Of a DNA stretch of 64,000 bases, positions 62,712 to 64,000 are shown piece after piece; position 1 is the first letter of the stretch; every line of letters starts with the position of its first letter. The translations under genes and the position numbers were made by a program. The stretch comes from Nitrosopumilus sp. (GTDB lineage: Archaea > Thermoproteota > Nitrososphaeria > Nitrososphaerales > Nitrosopumilaceae): assembly GCA_965249555.1 (NCBI GenBank), contig OZ252243.1:608001-672000 (forward strand). Reading direction: 5' to 3'. The notes beneath the pieces are model-generated. The model had not been told where the DNA came from. It saw nothing but the letters and a program-made list of their open reading frames with translations, and made no database searches.

Positions 62712-63077
62712 TCATTTTGCGTGCTTTGTTATCATTTTGCGCAAGATATCTGGCTCTATTGGCTTGTTAATTATGCCTGCAAGACTTTTTGTCTTGACGT
62801 CTTCGTACTTTGTATGATCTAAAACATAACTTGATGTAAATACTATCTTGGCATTACTATCAATATTTTTAATGCGCAAAAATGTCTCATAGCCGTCAAT
62901 TCCGGGCATCTTTATATCCAAAAATACAAGGTGGGGCTTTATCTCTACATACTGTGCTATGGCATCATGGCCATTTGTTGCAGTGTATACATTATAGCCA
63001 TCATTTAACAAAACCAGCTGCAAGGATTCTAAAAAATCACAGTCATCATCTGTTATCAGAATCCTTTTTCTTGCCAT
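62712..63077 (-). CDS. Single-domain response regulator
   Basis: ILITDDD, LDIKMPGIDG and NKP motifs. Confidence 0.93.
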   Translation of the reverse strand: MARKRILITDDDCDFLESLQLVLLNDGYNVYTATNGHDAIAQYVEIKPHLVFLDIKMPGIDGYETFLRIKNIDSNAKIVFTSSYVLDHTKYEDVKTKSLAGIINKPIEPDILRKMITKHAK

Positions 63078-64000
63078 TACGCACCAGTCTTGGGCAAAGT
63101 TATGGTAAATGTGACGGGATGATTACTTGCAGTAATGGAGCCATTGTGGCGCTCTATGATGTTTTTGCAGCTTGTAAGGCCCAAGCCGGTACCTTGCATC
63201 TTTGTGGTAAATAATGGATCAAATAATCGTTCAATATCTTTTTTTGGTATCGCAGGACCAGAGTTCTCAAAGGACAATACAATCATATCGTGTTGTTTTT
63301 CTAGTTTTACTGTTATATATCCAGTATCATTGCCAATTGCCTGCACTGCGTTGAGCATTATATTTGTAAATACAAACTCTATCTTTTCTGCATCACATGA
63401 TATCATGTCATCCCCATCAGGCAGTGTCAGTGTAATGTTTTGAGGCAGCGCCATACCTGCCATACACTGGCGTAATATTGACAGTATTGATGCAGGTTCA
63501 GATATTATGGAAATGGTTCTGACATAGTTTAGCACGCCTTCTATCTGGTGTGACATTCTCTTTATTGCTCGGTTTATCCTGTTTGTTTCATTGTGTATGA
63601 TGTCGGTTTTGGGATTACTTTGGATTAGTGTGATAGAGTTGCGTATTGTACCTAGGGGGTTTCGCATGTCATGGGCAATCATTGCTGCAAACTCGCCTAT
63701 TGTCACAAACTTTTCTTGTCTTATCTTCTCATCTGCATATCTGTTAAAGATTCGCAGGATAAAATATATCATAAATACGTGTGTTATCACATTAATGATG
63801 CCGAGTATTACTTGCAGTGAAATTAGCTGAATTGATATCTCATCTATATAATTCCCCAAGTTTTCAGTCAGTACATCAGATAGTATCAGCAGCTGGTTCC
63901 CGTCAAATATAATGTCAGTGACTTGTTGATTAGCGGCAATATCATTTGATCTTAGTATGGCAATTTTGTCTTTATACTCTGTGAATTTTTGGCTTATGAC
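63077..64000 (-). CDS. Sensor histidine kinase, 5' end outside window
   Basis: AHDMRNPL, NAVQA and FTTKMQGTGLGL motifs; frame open to the window edge. Confidence 0.92.
   Translation of the reverse strand, partial: VISQKFTEYKDKIAILRSNDIAANQQVTDIIFDGNQLLILSDVLTENLGNYIDEISIQLISLQVILGIINVITHVFMIYFILRIFNRYADEKIRQEKFVTIGEFAAMIAHDMRNPLGTIRNSITLIQSNPKTDIIHNETNRINRAIKRMSHQIEGVLNYVRTISIISEPASILSILRQCMAGMALPQNITLTLPDGDDMISCDAEKIEFVFTNIMLNAVQAIGNDTGYITVKLEKQHDMIVLSFENSGPAIPKKDIERLFDPLFTTKMQGTGLGLTSCKNIIERHNGSITASNHPVTFTITLPKTGA

Overview
AT-rich archaeal chromosome segment. The gene set, 5S rRNA and intron-containing tRNA point to Nitrosopumilaceae (Nitrososphaerota); this is inferred, not searched. The left part holds core genes (pepA, 5S rRNA, ABCE1/Rli, trm5, pyrE, GGPP synthase, tRNA-Ile2, tRNA-Glu) and a 4.6-kb defence islet integrated at tRNA-Ile2. 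The nuoA-N operon is split between nuoB and nuoC by a ~14.6-kb island carrying a complete type I-G CRISPR-Cas system (49 repeats, 48 spacers). From ~39 kb onward lies an accessory region of decayed IS elements and integrases, TA pairs, and DUF3800, Fic and TIR genes. Three observations stand out. (1) A duplicated spacer encodes the same peptide as the adjacent nuoA but differs only at 9 synonymous positions, next to a TTC PAM; this resembles a natural cleave-and-rescue/homing arrangement. (2) An IS6 element carries two stacked crRNA-like mini-arrays of two repeat families whose guides match PAM-flanked sites upstream of its own antitoxin-RelE pair. (3) Three scars of ~36-bp duplication plus 36-39-nt insert look like natural off-target Cas1-Cas2 spacer integrations. 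All coordinates and alignments were made by eye.
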